DNA of 61,692 nt, filler included, from Nemertoderma westbladi (Eukaryota; Animalia; Xenacoelomorpha): NCBI GenBank assembly GCA_032718475.1. It is 3 parts of 3 records of this genome, joined end to end, with 100 filler letters (N's around TTAATTAATTAA, not from the genome) between each part and the next. Parts side by side here need not be neighbours in the genome. Positions count along the whole stretch, not along the records: positions 22,668 to 53,824 come from JAUCBJ010004477.1; positions 53,925 to 61,692 come from JAUCBJ010001682.1; 1 more part is not named here. One strand, 5' to 3'. The position numbers and the translations under genes were made by a program. Under the pieces are notes generated by a model. The model worked only from the letters and a program-made list of their open reading frames with translations. It was not told the origin of the DNA and searched no databases. Positions 50,200 through 61,692 of this stretch are shown here, one piece after another (positions within the stretch are counted from its first letter, which is position 1; each line of letters begins with the position of its first letter).

Positions 50200-51680
50200 G
50201 CTGGATTGGGTCTGGTTGGAGGTAATTGCATTGTACAGTACTTAAGACAATCAACCCGGTGTATCATTCTTATGTTATCCAGAGCGGATTAGATTGTATT
50301 CAAAAGTGTTTGGAACTCATACATGTATAGGACAAAGACATGCAGGACAAATAGAGTCACAGAAGTAATGAAAACTAATAAGTTGGTGCCAGTTTCCAAG
50401 AAGGGCAATCAATGGGTTCCGTTAAGGTAGTGGGACAATGGAGCTGATTTTGGCGCTTAGAAAATTATTCAAGAGTTTACAGTAGAGTTGAAACAGAGAC
50501 TTGTCACTGATCTCTGATCTCTGGATTCTCCGGGCTATTTGTTGGTTTCCGGATAGGTCTCTGGTTCCCGGGTATTGAAAACAGACATTTTACCCAGAGA
50601 TCAGTGATTTGACAAATTAGAAATAGATATTTAAAAATAGATCCTGTACAACACAAAATGTGAAATGAAGATTATTTTTTACAATTTTTTTACAATTAAT
50701 TATTTAATTTTTAACTATTTTACATACACTGCTTCAAGTGAATATATAATTGTGTTGAATCAACACAAACTCACTTTTACACCTATTTCTAATAAATGTT
50801 GGGCCTACCGATAATCTTATATTTAATTAATTTAAGGTGCGTTTAATTTTAAGTTAAATTAGCACCTAAAGGTCGTTCTTATTTAAGGATGAGGGTGCTT
50901 AATTTGAGCACTCATAATGTTTAAAAGTGAAAGAAAGGGCTGTTCTCCATTCAATTTGTTATAGGATAGATACTATGACGACCAAATGGAGAGAGCGAGC
51001 ATTACGAGGCTTGTAAATGGGGCGAGTAGAGCACTATACCTGTGCACTAAGTATTCGTAAATTATTAAGTTTATAGTATATTGAAATGTATATGATTTGA
51101 ACAATTGTAAAATAAGTGCCTTTAATTAACAAAGTACCGGTACCTATGGCGCAAAACTAAATTATGTAACATATTATACTAACAATAACAAAATAAGAAC
51201 GAATTAATAAACAAATAACCAAATTAATATTAATTAAGCCCCCAAAACTGTATGTGCGCTTATTTTCTTATAATAATGGGTAAGGATTGAAATGGGTTGG
51301 ATTTACTTTACTGTAATTGAACCATAGAAAAATAGTTCTAAGGCCGTATGTACCTGTTTGTGCTATAGGGGAGTAATCAAATTGTAAGTAGAAAAATAAA
51401 CAAAGTCTCTGATCTCTGGCTCTGGTCTCCGGTATTTTTCAAAATAATTATCTGGGTAGGGCTCTGGTTCACCGGGATTAAGAAAAACAGGTCTCTGTTT
51501 CAACTCTAGTTTACAGTATCAAATAAGAAAGGCTGTAGTCTTTGTTATATAATTGAGGCCTTCGATTCAGTCTCCCGACTACGTCTGTTCAACATGCTTG
51601 AGCATATGGGATTCCTGGTAAAATTATTGCAGCTATCAGATCACTTACTTGAGGATGGTTCGACGACATTTGTGATTACG
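50200..51680 (+). mobile_element. Old RTE LINE remnant, split by a hAT insertion
   Basis: GTTGGTGCCAGTTTCCAAGAAGGGCAA and GGCCTTCGATTCAGTCTC...GGATTCCTG match the RTE copies at 9166-9925 and 60528-61692. Confidence 0.7.
50483..51508. mobile_element. Non-autonomous hAT DNA transposon
   Basis: Perfect 18-bp TIR TAGAGTTGAAACAGAGAC / GTCTCTGTTTCAACTCTA; perfect 8-bp TSD GTTTACAG (50475-50482, 51509-51516). Confidence 0.9.
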
Positions 51681-53824
51681 CCTCTGCGCACAATACAATA
51701 AATGAGTTAGTTAACGTTCGCCCTTGTGGTTGCTACAGTATTACATTCATTTCAGACATATTCATTTTACTATAAGCAACAAGCCATCCGGAAAAACACA
51801 TTATTAATTATATTCTGTATATATATTATTCTGTCCGCCAAGTCAGCCAGTACACTTGTGTAACACAGGGCCGCCTTAACATTTGATGGGCCCCTAGGCT
51901 AATATTGTAACCGTCGAGTAGTGCAGATAGTGGTGCACTTTGATTTCATGTGAAAAATATAATCTTTAGCGCAAATTGACCACAAGTGAAATAAAGTTAA
52001 TTTATTGTTTTGGTTAGAAAATGTCGACACAGTAACCTGCTCCTTGCTCTTAGTGATTTTAATAAATTTAATAAAGTTTTTAAACTACTACTCTACTGGT
52101 GTTCGTACGTAGCTCTGGTGCTGACGTGTATCTATATGGCTGAGAAAATGAATACAACATACAGTAGTTCATTGTGACCTGTTGCTGGAAATCTCTTAAC
52201 TTATGTTGGAGGTTAACTTGAAAGTTGCCTGTTCACATTAGACAATCATAGTGTGGAGTATTTTCTTGTTCCAGTTTCAACTGTGAAGTGTTATTCCCTG
52301 AAGTCACATACATCCTTAGCCTGGCTGTGTGGGTCTGGGTATTATAATAAATTGTTTAAACTGTTTTATATGTTTGTTTAATTCGCCTTAATATGAAAGA
52401 GTAAGGTCTAATATAATTTATTAAATGGGATAATTTTTTTAATGGGAGAATCTAATTTATTTACATTTTGGAAGGTAATACAGTAATAAACTCGGAGCCC
52501 CTGAAGGGACATTTGGTAAAAAATTTCGCACAACGAGGGACAAAGAGGACAGCGGGGCGGTTAAAGTAACTCATGGACAAAGGTTAGCACAGCAATCAAA
52601 CTAACTGAGGTACAGTACAAAGGTTAGTGCATAACGGTTAAACGAACGAGTGTGAATAACGAATGTTAGGACATAAAAACCACTTTAGTTTCAGAAAATT
52701 TCAAATATTGCTTCTGCTTTTATATTTTCATATTTTCATTTTTTTACGGATAGACAGACATACAGACGGACATTCACCGCCATTTGCCCTTTCATCAGGA
52801 GAGCCAGTTACCACAGCCAGAGCAGAGGGAACGGACGGTGGAGATACCGAAAATACTCTCCTTTGATTGGCTAACCGTCTTCCCGCATAATCTACCAGCA
52901 AACGGGCCATAATGAACTATGTTGTATAATTTTTCTGAGCCATATATCTAGACCATGGACTTCTAGAATATTAATTCATACCAATGCAATAGCTACTTTA
53001 TAAATAATATTCTAGAAGTCCATGTCTAAAGACCAAGGACTACTGACTGAAGGCTTCAGTAGTCCCATGGCCTAGGTAGTCCTTGCTAGAGACATGCAGT
53101 GCATATGCTGTACAGTACGTGCGTCACGTCCTGCAGTAGATAGGCTTATACACATGCTTATACCCAGATATCTGTATATTGCATCAGTGCATAGCAGCAA
53201 GCTAGCCTTAGAGTCTTAGCGTACCCTGCCTCCTGTTCCTGCCATCAACAATCAAGAAAATCTCTCAGACCCTTACCGGTTTTCCATATCGGCCTACTAT
53301 TCAGCAATTACAGAATTAGTGCTGCAGTGTATTTTGGACAGACCAATCACGGGCGAGTTGCGTCACATAGCATGTCCACCCTTTTCAGCTTTGTTTTCTA
53401 TCTTTTTCAAATTTGAAAAAGGTGGACAGGGTTGAGAAAGAACAGGCAATAAATTGACTGATCAGATTTATCTGCACATTAGGCTATAGCGCAGCTCTGT
53501 CAACGTTTTTCAAAAATTTTCAAATGTTTTTATGGATAATTGTTATTATTATTACTGCCATACTTATTGTTACCAACCGAAGTTGTCCATACAGCCATAA
53601 GTAGTTCAATAATCTGATAATATGGGGCTAGCCACTAAGTCTGTGAGCTGAGCCTTTAGCCAGTTAGCATCAATATTTGAACGTTAATATTCTAACACAT
53701 TATAACGTTAATTAATAACTACTGTATCTATTGTACGGTAAATATAATATGCTTTGTTTACCGTTCGTCCCGAGATTTGATATTAAACGACCGAGCGCAG
53801 CGATGGTATTTAAATAAGTCAGAT

Positions 53825-53924
53825 NNNNNNNNNNNNNNNNNNNNNNNNNNNNNNNNNNNNNNNNNNNNTTAATTAATTAANNNNNNNNNNNNNNNNNNNN
53901 NNNNNNNNNNNNNNNNNNNNNNNN
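53825..53924. other. Artificial contig linker
   Basis: 44 N + TTAATTAATTAA + 44 N. Confidence 0.97.
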
Positions 53925-56588
53925 TAGGTACTACGTTATGTATCACGGAGTGTTCCTACCTGGAAGTTAATTACCGCGGACTACCATATCCAACGTGCCT
54001 ATTAACCACTTTACAACACAATACACTGCCTACGCACTAATTACTTTCGGAAAGCACTGTACACTAAACCCTAAATTAGGTACAAGTACTGGTACAACAA
54101 ATAATCAGTAGTTAAATATACTTGAACAGTTAAAAGAACCACGGCATCTGCTGGAGTGACCGGAGCACAAAGTCACCAGTCTTTACCTACGCCAAGCAGC
54201 CCGTGTAGTACCGGGGTTAATTTAACTATAACGGTATGTGTAACAAGCACAATTACTGTAGGAATAAACTTGGGGACATGAATGTTGCGAATAATCGCAT
54301 AAACTCTGAATAATAAATATTACGCTACCCATACAGAATACTCAAACAAAATACAAACCAAACGCTGGCAGACTACCACCAAGCCTAAATAAACTACCGT
54401 ATGTGCAGATTCCAAAATGGTTAGTTAGTATGCGTTCTAACACGGTAGTACGACTTATTCTTTAAGAGGGGATTGACCTTACAGCACTGGCTGCCCCAAC
54501 TTACTAACTGGCACTTTATCAGACAAACTCTACACACACAGCAATCTCTTCAGACCTAATAATAGCTAGACAACAATCCAGCCTACAAAATATCTGAGTA
54601 ATAACTATTACGGTACCTGAACAGACCACACAAACAAACACAGACTAAAAACGCTGGCAGACCACTATCAAGCCTAAATAAACTACAGTATGTGCAGATT
54701 CCAAAATGGTTAGTTAGTATGCGTTCTAACACAGTAGTACGACTTATTCTTTAAGAGGGGATTGACCTTACAGCACTGGCTGCCCCAACTTACTAACTGG
54801 CACTTTATTGGACAAACTCCACACACGCCGCAATCTCTCCAGACTCAACAACAGTCAGACAACAGTCCAGCCTACAATTATCTGAACAATCTGAGCAGGG
54901 TTACACGCCTTCAGCTCAATATTAACTTACATGTAAATAAAACTGACAGAAATAAGTAAAATCTCAATAAAAAACCAGGGCGGCCGTTCCCTGATTAAGT
55001 ACTAAGACCTACCGGTATACAATAATCAAAATCGAATAATACTAATGTACTTATACTGGAAGTACCGGTTAGGACAGTTGGGCCTACAGACCTACAGCAG
55101 TACCGGTTCAGGCAGTTTGGCCTACCGACCTACAGCAGTACCGATTCTGGCAGTTGGGCCTACGGACCTACAGCAGTACCGATTCTGGCAGTTGGGCCTA
55201 TGGACCTACAGCAGTACCGATTCTGGCAGTTGGGCCTACAGACCTACAGCAGTACCGATTCTGGCAGTTGGGCCTACGGACCTACAGCAGTACCGGTTCT
55301 GGCAGTTGGGCCTACGGACCTACAGCAGTACCGGTTCAGGTTTACCGGTCGACCGGTACTTTCAACTTTATTGCTTACTGCAATAAAGACAATAACTGTT
55401 ATTGTACGCGCTTTTGAAGACCTTTAGCAGTTTAACCTGCCAAAATTTATATGTCTTTTGGTTTATAAATAGACTTTAGAAAATGACAAGTATTTAATAC
55501 CAATAAACACAACATTAGCCGAAGCCAGCCTAGTGCGCGTCCATTCACCCGCTGGATATACCCGGGAGACTGGATTCGGAGGGCTTAGATTGTTATTGCA
55601 GTGTAAGCTTACTGTATTATTCGATTGATCGTTAATAAATAATTTCTGACTAATATTATTCACTTTCGGGAAATATTAACAGTTCCTTTAGGACGTGGCG
55701 CTCTATCTAGGTAAACAGAGATATGACTTATACTAAACACAACGGTAAGTAGGTAAGGCTTATGATTCACGTATGAGGCGCATTCTTTAGGAAATGCTTA
55801 GTTATCAGCCACAATCATGCACACTACCGGTAACGCACAATACTGCTCACTAATTTGCCGACCGTCAATGAATTTTATCATATATAAAGAGAACAGAAAC
55901 TGACTCATGTAGTGCTTATCAAATAGCATTAAATTCACTACAAACCACAACAATATAAGTCGCAATCGCTATATGTAACCCGTCTCTCTAACCTGTAGTG
56001 TATCAAGAAAATTGGGAAATTTGGGTTCTTTATAGATGTTCTCCAAATATTAATATTCAACCAACTGATACAAACAATGACAACAGTAAATAGCAGTATA
56101 ATAATGTATGTTGAACCGATAATGTAAGACTGAACTGGACTGTTAAGACTGATAACAGTTATACGCTCTATAATCTAAGCCTACTAATGTTTCTTCTAAA
56201 GTCTGAAACGAATTGACTCTAGAGCCGGTGTTCCTGGCCTAGATAGAAACAACACAAACAGTATCAGAAAACAGTAAGACTGAACACTCCTAGCACGATC
56301 TGCCAAATATCTCCACATCGACAGAAAAAATCGCTCTGATTGGCTGTTAAGCTAAACAAAGAACCATGTGTCCAATGGCCGTTTCCATGTCAGCAACCAG
56401 CTGTTAGATGTCGTAATCTAAATCATCAAGGCTAAGCTGTGCCAGGGTATTTGACGCATTGCGGGTTTTTTGCCTTACCATGTCCGCCAAAGCACACATA
56501 CAGAAGAATGACTTTTATGTCCGTTAAAACACCTATAACGGTACCTTGCGGGCGAGGGGGACTGATTATATCCGCAAAAGCTTTTACA
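53925..56588 (-). mobile_element. Second, diverged copy of the LTR-like element (terminus + leader), cut by the gap
   Basis: Collinear with 2480-5007 and has the same terminal ...GCAAAAGCTTTTACA. Contains 2 x 289-bp units (54310-54890) and ~7 x 38-bp units (55060-55340). Confidence 0.75.
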
Positions 56589-57729
56589 GGATTTTCTACT
56601 GTAATTAACCTCAATGGGCTTAGCTATGGCCCATAGAGATGAGTTTCGTAACGCCAACTTTTATCTAATGTAGTTTTGTATTTTTAGACTAGTTGCCAAG
56701 GTAACAGGATTTTCTAATTAACCTCAATCGGCTTAGCTATGGCCCATAGAGTTGAGTTTCGTAACTCCAACTTTTATCTAATGTAGTTTTGCTACAAATA
56801 GAGTCATTAAAATAGACTGGAATGATATAGACTATATAAACTCCAGTTACCATGGTAACTGTATATTTCTGTAAAGTTTTGAGATTTACAAAATTTTCCA
56901 GCTTGAGGTCCTGATAACACATACCAAGATTAATAAAATTTTACGTCTAAATAAACGATTTTTGTATGAAAATTTTAAAATCTTAATAAGCTTGATAAAA
57001 AAAAAATTTAAAGGCAAAATCGAAAATTCCGGCTTCATGGGGTCAACCACGGTGAGTTGAACTAGTTGTGTTTCAAATTTCAAGCAATTTGATAAAGATT
57101 TGTAGAAAAATCTGGGGGGGGGGGGGGGTTCCGTGTTTTCAGAAAATGACACTATATTACGGTTCATGGTGTAATATAAGAACAATTTTTTAGGTCGCTT
57201 TTTGGCGAATTTTATATACATATTTTCCCAATGCTTTCCAGAGCATAGAAGTCCTGATGACCCAAACAACTGTCTGCAAATCATAATTATTTCAAAATTC
57301 AACCCATCATCTTCTTTATACTTTAGGATGCTTTTCTCGCGTGTTTTTATATTTTTTTTAAAGCTTTTTTATTAGCCTTTTTTGGAGCTTTACTCTATAT
57401 TTTAAATTTATACATTCTAAAATTCTCAGATTCAACTTGAAGCAATTAATTTCACGAAATGTTTCTAACTAAAAAAAAAGCACAAAAAAAAGCAGCGGCA
57501 AAACCACCGCGCTGAGTTGTCACCGCAAAGTGTATGTGTGAACCGGACGAATATCTAAAATTAAGTCTTAATGGGGACCTCGACGTTGAGTTGAACTAAT
57601 TGTGTTTCAATTTCAAGCAAAATTACGAAGATTTGAATGGAGGGTCCGTGTCATAAGTACATAACTAGCATAATGTATAATCTAAGTATCCTACGCTACA
57701 TCCCGTTAACATAATTAATACGCCCTTAT

Positions 57730-57812
57730 GTAGTACAGCCAATCAATTACTTTTATCATTATTTAACCAATGGATTAATTTCTAGAAAATAATATATTAA
57801 TATATAAGTACG
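57730..57812 (+). promoter_or_regulatory. Putative promoter: two CCAAT boxes and a TATA box
   Basis: AGCCAATCA at ~57737, ACCAATGG at ~57766, TATATAAG at ~57801, about 110 nt upstream of the ATG at 57913. Confidence 0.5.
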
Positions 57813-57912
57813 CAGATTACTATTTTTGGTCATAATATAAGCAAATAGTTTAGATTTGTTAAATAAACAGATAACCATTAATAATTAGGAGTCGTAAATA
57901 AACGCGCGTGAG

Positions 57913-58257
57913 ATGGCGGATAATGATAGTGAAAATGACGTCCTGTGTGAGAAATGTTTGTCCATGAAGGACGGTGATGGAAGGACGGTTCGGGAAAGTA
58001 GGTCAACCAGTGGGAGAGATATGGAGAAAAGGAGAGGAAAGAAGCGAAAGGGAAGTAAGAAAGGAAAGGGAAAGAAGAAGGGAAAGGGAGGAAGGTCTAG
58101 GAGTCGCCGAGGTAAAGGGAGTAGATCAAGGAGTCGTGGAGGAAAGGGAAAGAAAGTGAAGAGAGGCAGATCGAAGAGGAGAGGGAAAAAAGGAACTGGG
58201 AAGTCGAGATCGACTCAACTCGATGGTCCAGCTGCGGCCAACTTTAGGGAAATATGA
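57913..58257 (+). CDS. Small basic K/R/G/S-rich protein, protamine-like (sperm nuclear basic protein) precursor candidate
   Basis: Acidic leader with CxxC, then KRRGKKRKGSKKGKGKKKGKGGRSRSRRGKGSRSRSRGGKGKKVKRGRSKRRGKK. Good start context (GAGATGG), upstream CCAAT/TATA, AATAAA at ~58369, and varied codons (not a microsatellite). Confidence 0.65.
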   Translation: MADNDSENDVLCEKCLSMKDGDGRTVRESRSTSGRDMEKRRGKKRKGSKKGKGKKKGKGGRSRSRRGKGSRSRSRGGKGKKVKRGRSKRRGKKGTGKSRSTQLDGPAAANFREI

Positions 58258-58720
58258 ATTGTTTTCTATGAAGAATTATTTTCACTAACATGTTGACAAA
58301 TTAGTTATAATTTACCTGTAATATCATATCATATGGTATCATCAATTATCTTTTATTATTGTATCATCAATAAATTATCTATACTTATTTTGAGATTAAA
58401 AAGTGATGACACCTTGAAAGTTAAGACACCCGCAATATTTTCCAAATGTTAGTCAATATTATTTCCAGAAAATTAATTTACTCTTATAATTATTATTCTA
58501 GAAGTTTTAAAGAAGTTATTGTTCAGTACTGTACTACAGCCACCTATCATGCCATTATAGTAATACTGTATATGTTGAATTGTTCTCCTTAAAAGGTCAA
58601 ATGTTTTTTATTTATTAGCCGCGTCCGTTGAGTCGACATGCCAGGAGAGTATTTATCTGGAATCTTAGCAATGCAACCCCGTCTTTCCATCAGTTCACAT
58701 AAATAAATTATCCAGCAGTA

Positions 58721-59530
58721 CCCAGTAAAAAATCCGCATTCGTAACGCATGGGATGGCACATATTTAACGCATTCGTAACGCATTCTGAAATGTTACATA
58801 GATGAACCATGCGATACGAATGCGAAAACCGAACCAAATGCGCATCCTTTATTCGCATATCGAATGTAATACGAACCTTATTCGAATCCCGCACATTCTA
58901 CGAATGCGTCCCTAATCTTATACGAATGTTTCCCGCACACTATACGAATGCGTCCCGCATGTTATATACGAATGTTTCCCACGCTATACGAAAGCGTTAC
59001 GAATGTTATACGAATGTTTACCGCAGAATTTTTATTTTTTTATTATTTCGCTACAGTTTACATAGTTTTAACAGTTTACAACTGTTAAGTCATTATTGAC
59101 TAGTCATTATTCAGTACATAACCTTTACATTATTACAGTATATCAAGCATGTTGGTAAAGGGAACAGGTTTACATACCAACATGGGGAACCAAAATAATA
59201 AACGGGAGTTAAGAATTACTGGGCAACCTATTAAATATATAGTAAAAGTACATGGGACTGGCTGACTGGTAACAAAGGGGGAGAGCTACTAACTAATAAC
59301 ACTTACGTTCGATTATTTGCCTATTGTGATTGGCCAGTATTACATATCGCATGCGTCACGAATGGACCACGAATAATTTTAAGCGTGGCGCGGCTAAGCA
59401 TTCGTATCGTATGTGTCACGAATGATGAGCCACGAATATATTTACAAGTGAAATATCACATGCGATACGAATACTATACGCATTCGTTAAATCATTCGGA
59501 CTGACGAACCATTGACGAAGGCTTCACGAA
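58721..59530. mobile_element. Probable non-autonomous DNA transposon (CMC/EnSpm-like) with TACGAATG subterminal repeats
   Basis: TA|CCCAGTAAAAAA start and dense TACGAATG/CATTCGTA motifs; right TIR not found. Confidence 0.45.
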
Positions 59531-60527
59531 TTTTAAATAACATTGCACGCACCATAGCCTCGTTTAACTTTGCCACTAGGCGGCACAAGTGCCGCCCAGT
59601 TGAATCAATTTGCCGCCCAGTCACAGCCAGAGTGCCTTCCTAATATATTATATCTGGACTAGCCTCAGCCAGCGACCAATCTAATATGTATCAATCCCAG
59701 TAAAGTACCTACATAAACTTCTAAAGGAATAAGTGATTGACAGCACAGAGACTTCAATGGGTGATAGCCATAGTACAGTAGTAGTAGTAGTAGTGGAGGG
59801 ATGAGTCAGTGTCCAACCCAATGCGACCTTTACTAATGTTAGTAAAGGTCGCGCCTTTGGTCCAATCATTGTGTAGATGTCTATAGATTCCTGATAGGCT
59901 TACTGCAGTTAATTGGTGCCTCAGATGGATATTGGATAGTTCCAACTTCCAAGGCTGCTTGCTATCACCATACTTACCTGTCTGGCACCTTTAACCCCCT
60001 ACCCCTGTTAAGAGTAGTCAGTTTTCAGTATATATTACTATTAGTATTCAGGAGAGATTTAGAAGTTTATTAGTCATTATAAACTACCCCGAGACGGCAG
60101 GGCTTACATTGCATCATGGCTTTATTATGTAATAAATTGGTTTTGAAAATTAAGTGTTTAACTACTTAATTAGGGTTCGTCTATGTACATTTATTAATAA
60201 TTTGATATAATTATAATAATACTATTATTATTTTATTAATAATAATTTATTAAGTTTTAATAATGATTTTTATGATACTGTATATTTATTTATTTATTTA
60301 TGATACTGATATTATTTTTCTTATAAATTTAATTATATTATTTTTAATAAGTATATTTAGGCCCATGTGAAGAATACCAGACTTTCTGCCTTTATATTTC
60401 ACTTTGCAGTTACCCCCATGTGAAGAATATCAGGTTTTCACAAAAAACACAGGTTACAGACGGGTTGAATCTAACCAAAACAATAAACGAATTAGTATAT
60501 GTACAGCTTATAAGACAGAAATTAGCG

Positions 60528-61692
60528 CTACTACTACTAGGATCGGCATGCTGCATTGCAGCTGCATTTTTAAGAATGCTGTGCCGGCTTGTCAACAAAA
60601 TTGCACCACCACAACTCCCTATCACCCATGACATTTGCTAGATCATCCGCATCTTTAAGGCCAGTGTCCTTTAAGATGCGCCTCAAGAAAGTCATGGGCT
60701 GTCCACCATGCTTATTCACTCCATGAGGCTGCCAAAGTACAAGATTATGCACTGGCTGGTCCTCACGGCGAAAGCAATGTCCTGCAAAGCGGAGGCGATT
60801 TTGTTCTAGTGTCAAGCTTGGGGGAACCAATGAGACACCTCCAATGTTATATAGTGTCTGGTTGGAGATGTGTGCATTGCTGCATTGTACTTGACACAAT
60901 GTACCCGGCGTAGCATTCTTGTGAATGTGCCATCCAGAGATTTGGTGTCCTCAGCAGTTAGAGCCCAGCATGGACTCCCGTAGAGGAGTACTGGAACTAC
61001 TGCTGCTCTAAATAATCGGACCTTAAGTTTCCGATTAATTCTAGGTGACTTCCAAATCCTGGAAAGCCTATTCAAGGCTGCCCATGCCTTTCCCTTACGT
61101 ATTCGAAGGTCCTCACCTGACTTCCGGATCCATGATCCCAGGTAACAGAAGTCGTCCACATGCTCAAGCATACCATCCTTTGAGCTTATGCTCATCCGAT
61201 CAGAGACTTGCTGAGGACTTTCAAAGTTAACTGTCAGAATTTTGGTCTTTATGGAGTTAATAAAAAGACCAACACTAGAAGCAGCATGTTCTAATGAGCT
61301 GAGGAGCCGTTGGGCTCCCTCTAATGATTCTGAGAGTACTCCTAAGTCATCAGCAAAGTCTAGATCAGTTAGGTACTTGGCAGGATTTCCTCGACTTCTG
61401 GAGCCAGTAGGTGGAGTTATCATCACCCCATCATCATTATGATGATCTAAGGACATGCGTAGAACATAGTCAACCACAATAATGAACAAGAATGGTGCAA
61501 GTGTGTCTCCTTGGAGGACGCCCCATAACACTTCAAATGGTTCTGTGTCACCGTCAACAGTAGACACAAATGTTGTCGAACCATCGTATACTGATCTGAT
61601 TGCTGCAATAATTTCATCAGGAATCCCATATAATGAAAGTATGCTGAACATACGCATACGTGACCGAGAGACTGAATCAAAGGCCTTGAAGA
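60528..61692 (-). mobile_element. RTE-clade LINE 3' part (RT domain, one frameshift ~60850), (TAG)n tail; continues beyond the window
   Basis: GVLQGDTLAPFLF, DLDFADDL, FCYLGSWI, VPVLLYGSPCW, LRFAGHCFRR; tail CTACTACTACTAGGATC on the plus strand. Confidence 0.93.

Overview
This is AT-rich, repeat-dense animal (invertebrate) nuclear DNA. It consists of three pieces joined by artificial 100-bp linkers (44 N + TTAATTAATTAA + 44 N at 22568-22667 and 53825-53924), so linkage across them cannot be assumed. Host genes: the 5' part of an actin gene (CArG/CCAAT/TATA promoter, 5'UTR intron, first coding exon), an intronless vinculin, an intronless PC-esterase/SGNH (PCED1/FAM113-like) gene and a small single-exon protamine-like gene. 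The actin exon/intron junction is amplified into a ~13.5 x 79-bp array in which nearly every unit carries a splice donor and an RFX X-box match. It is followed by mitochondrial sequence (trnW-trnF-rrnS-nad1, TGA=Trp). The rest is nested mobile DNA: two copies of a large TG-terminated (LTR-like) element, one with a >=516-codon ORF missed by the ORF track and both with a long leader holding duplicated, apparently structured 289-bp units. There are also RTE and other LINE remnants, non-autonomous Harbinger-, Ginger-, MULE-, hAT- and Helentron-type elements (several with clear TIRs and TSDs), and four minisatellites. No CRISPR or prokaryotic system is evident. All calls are by eye; no database searches were run.
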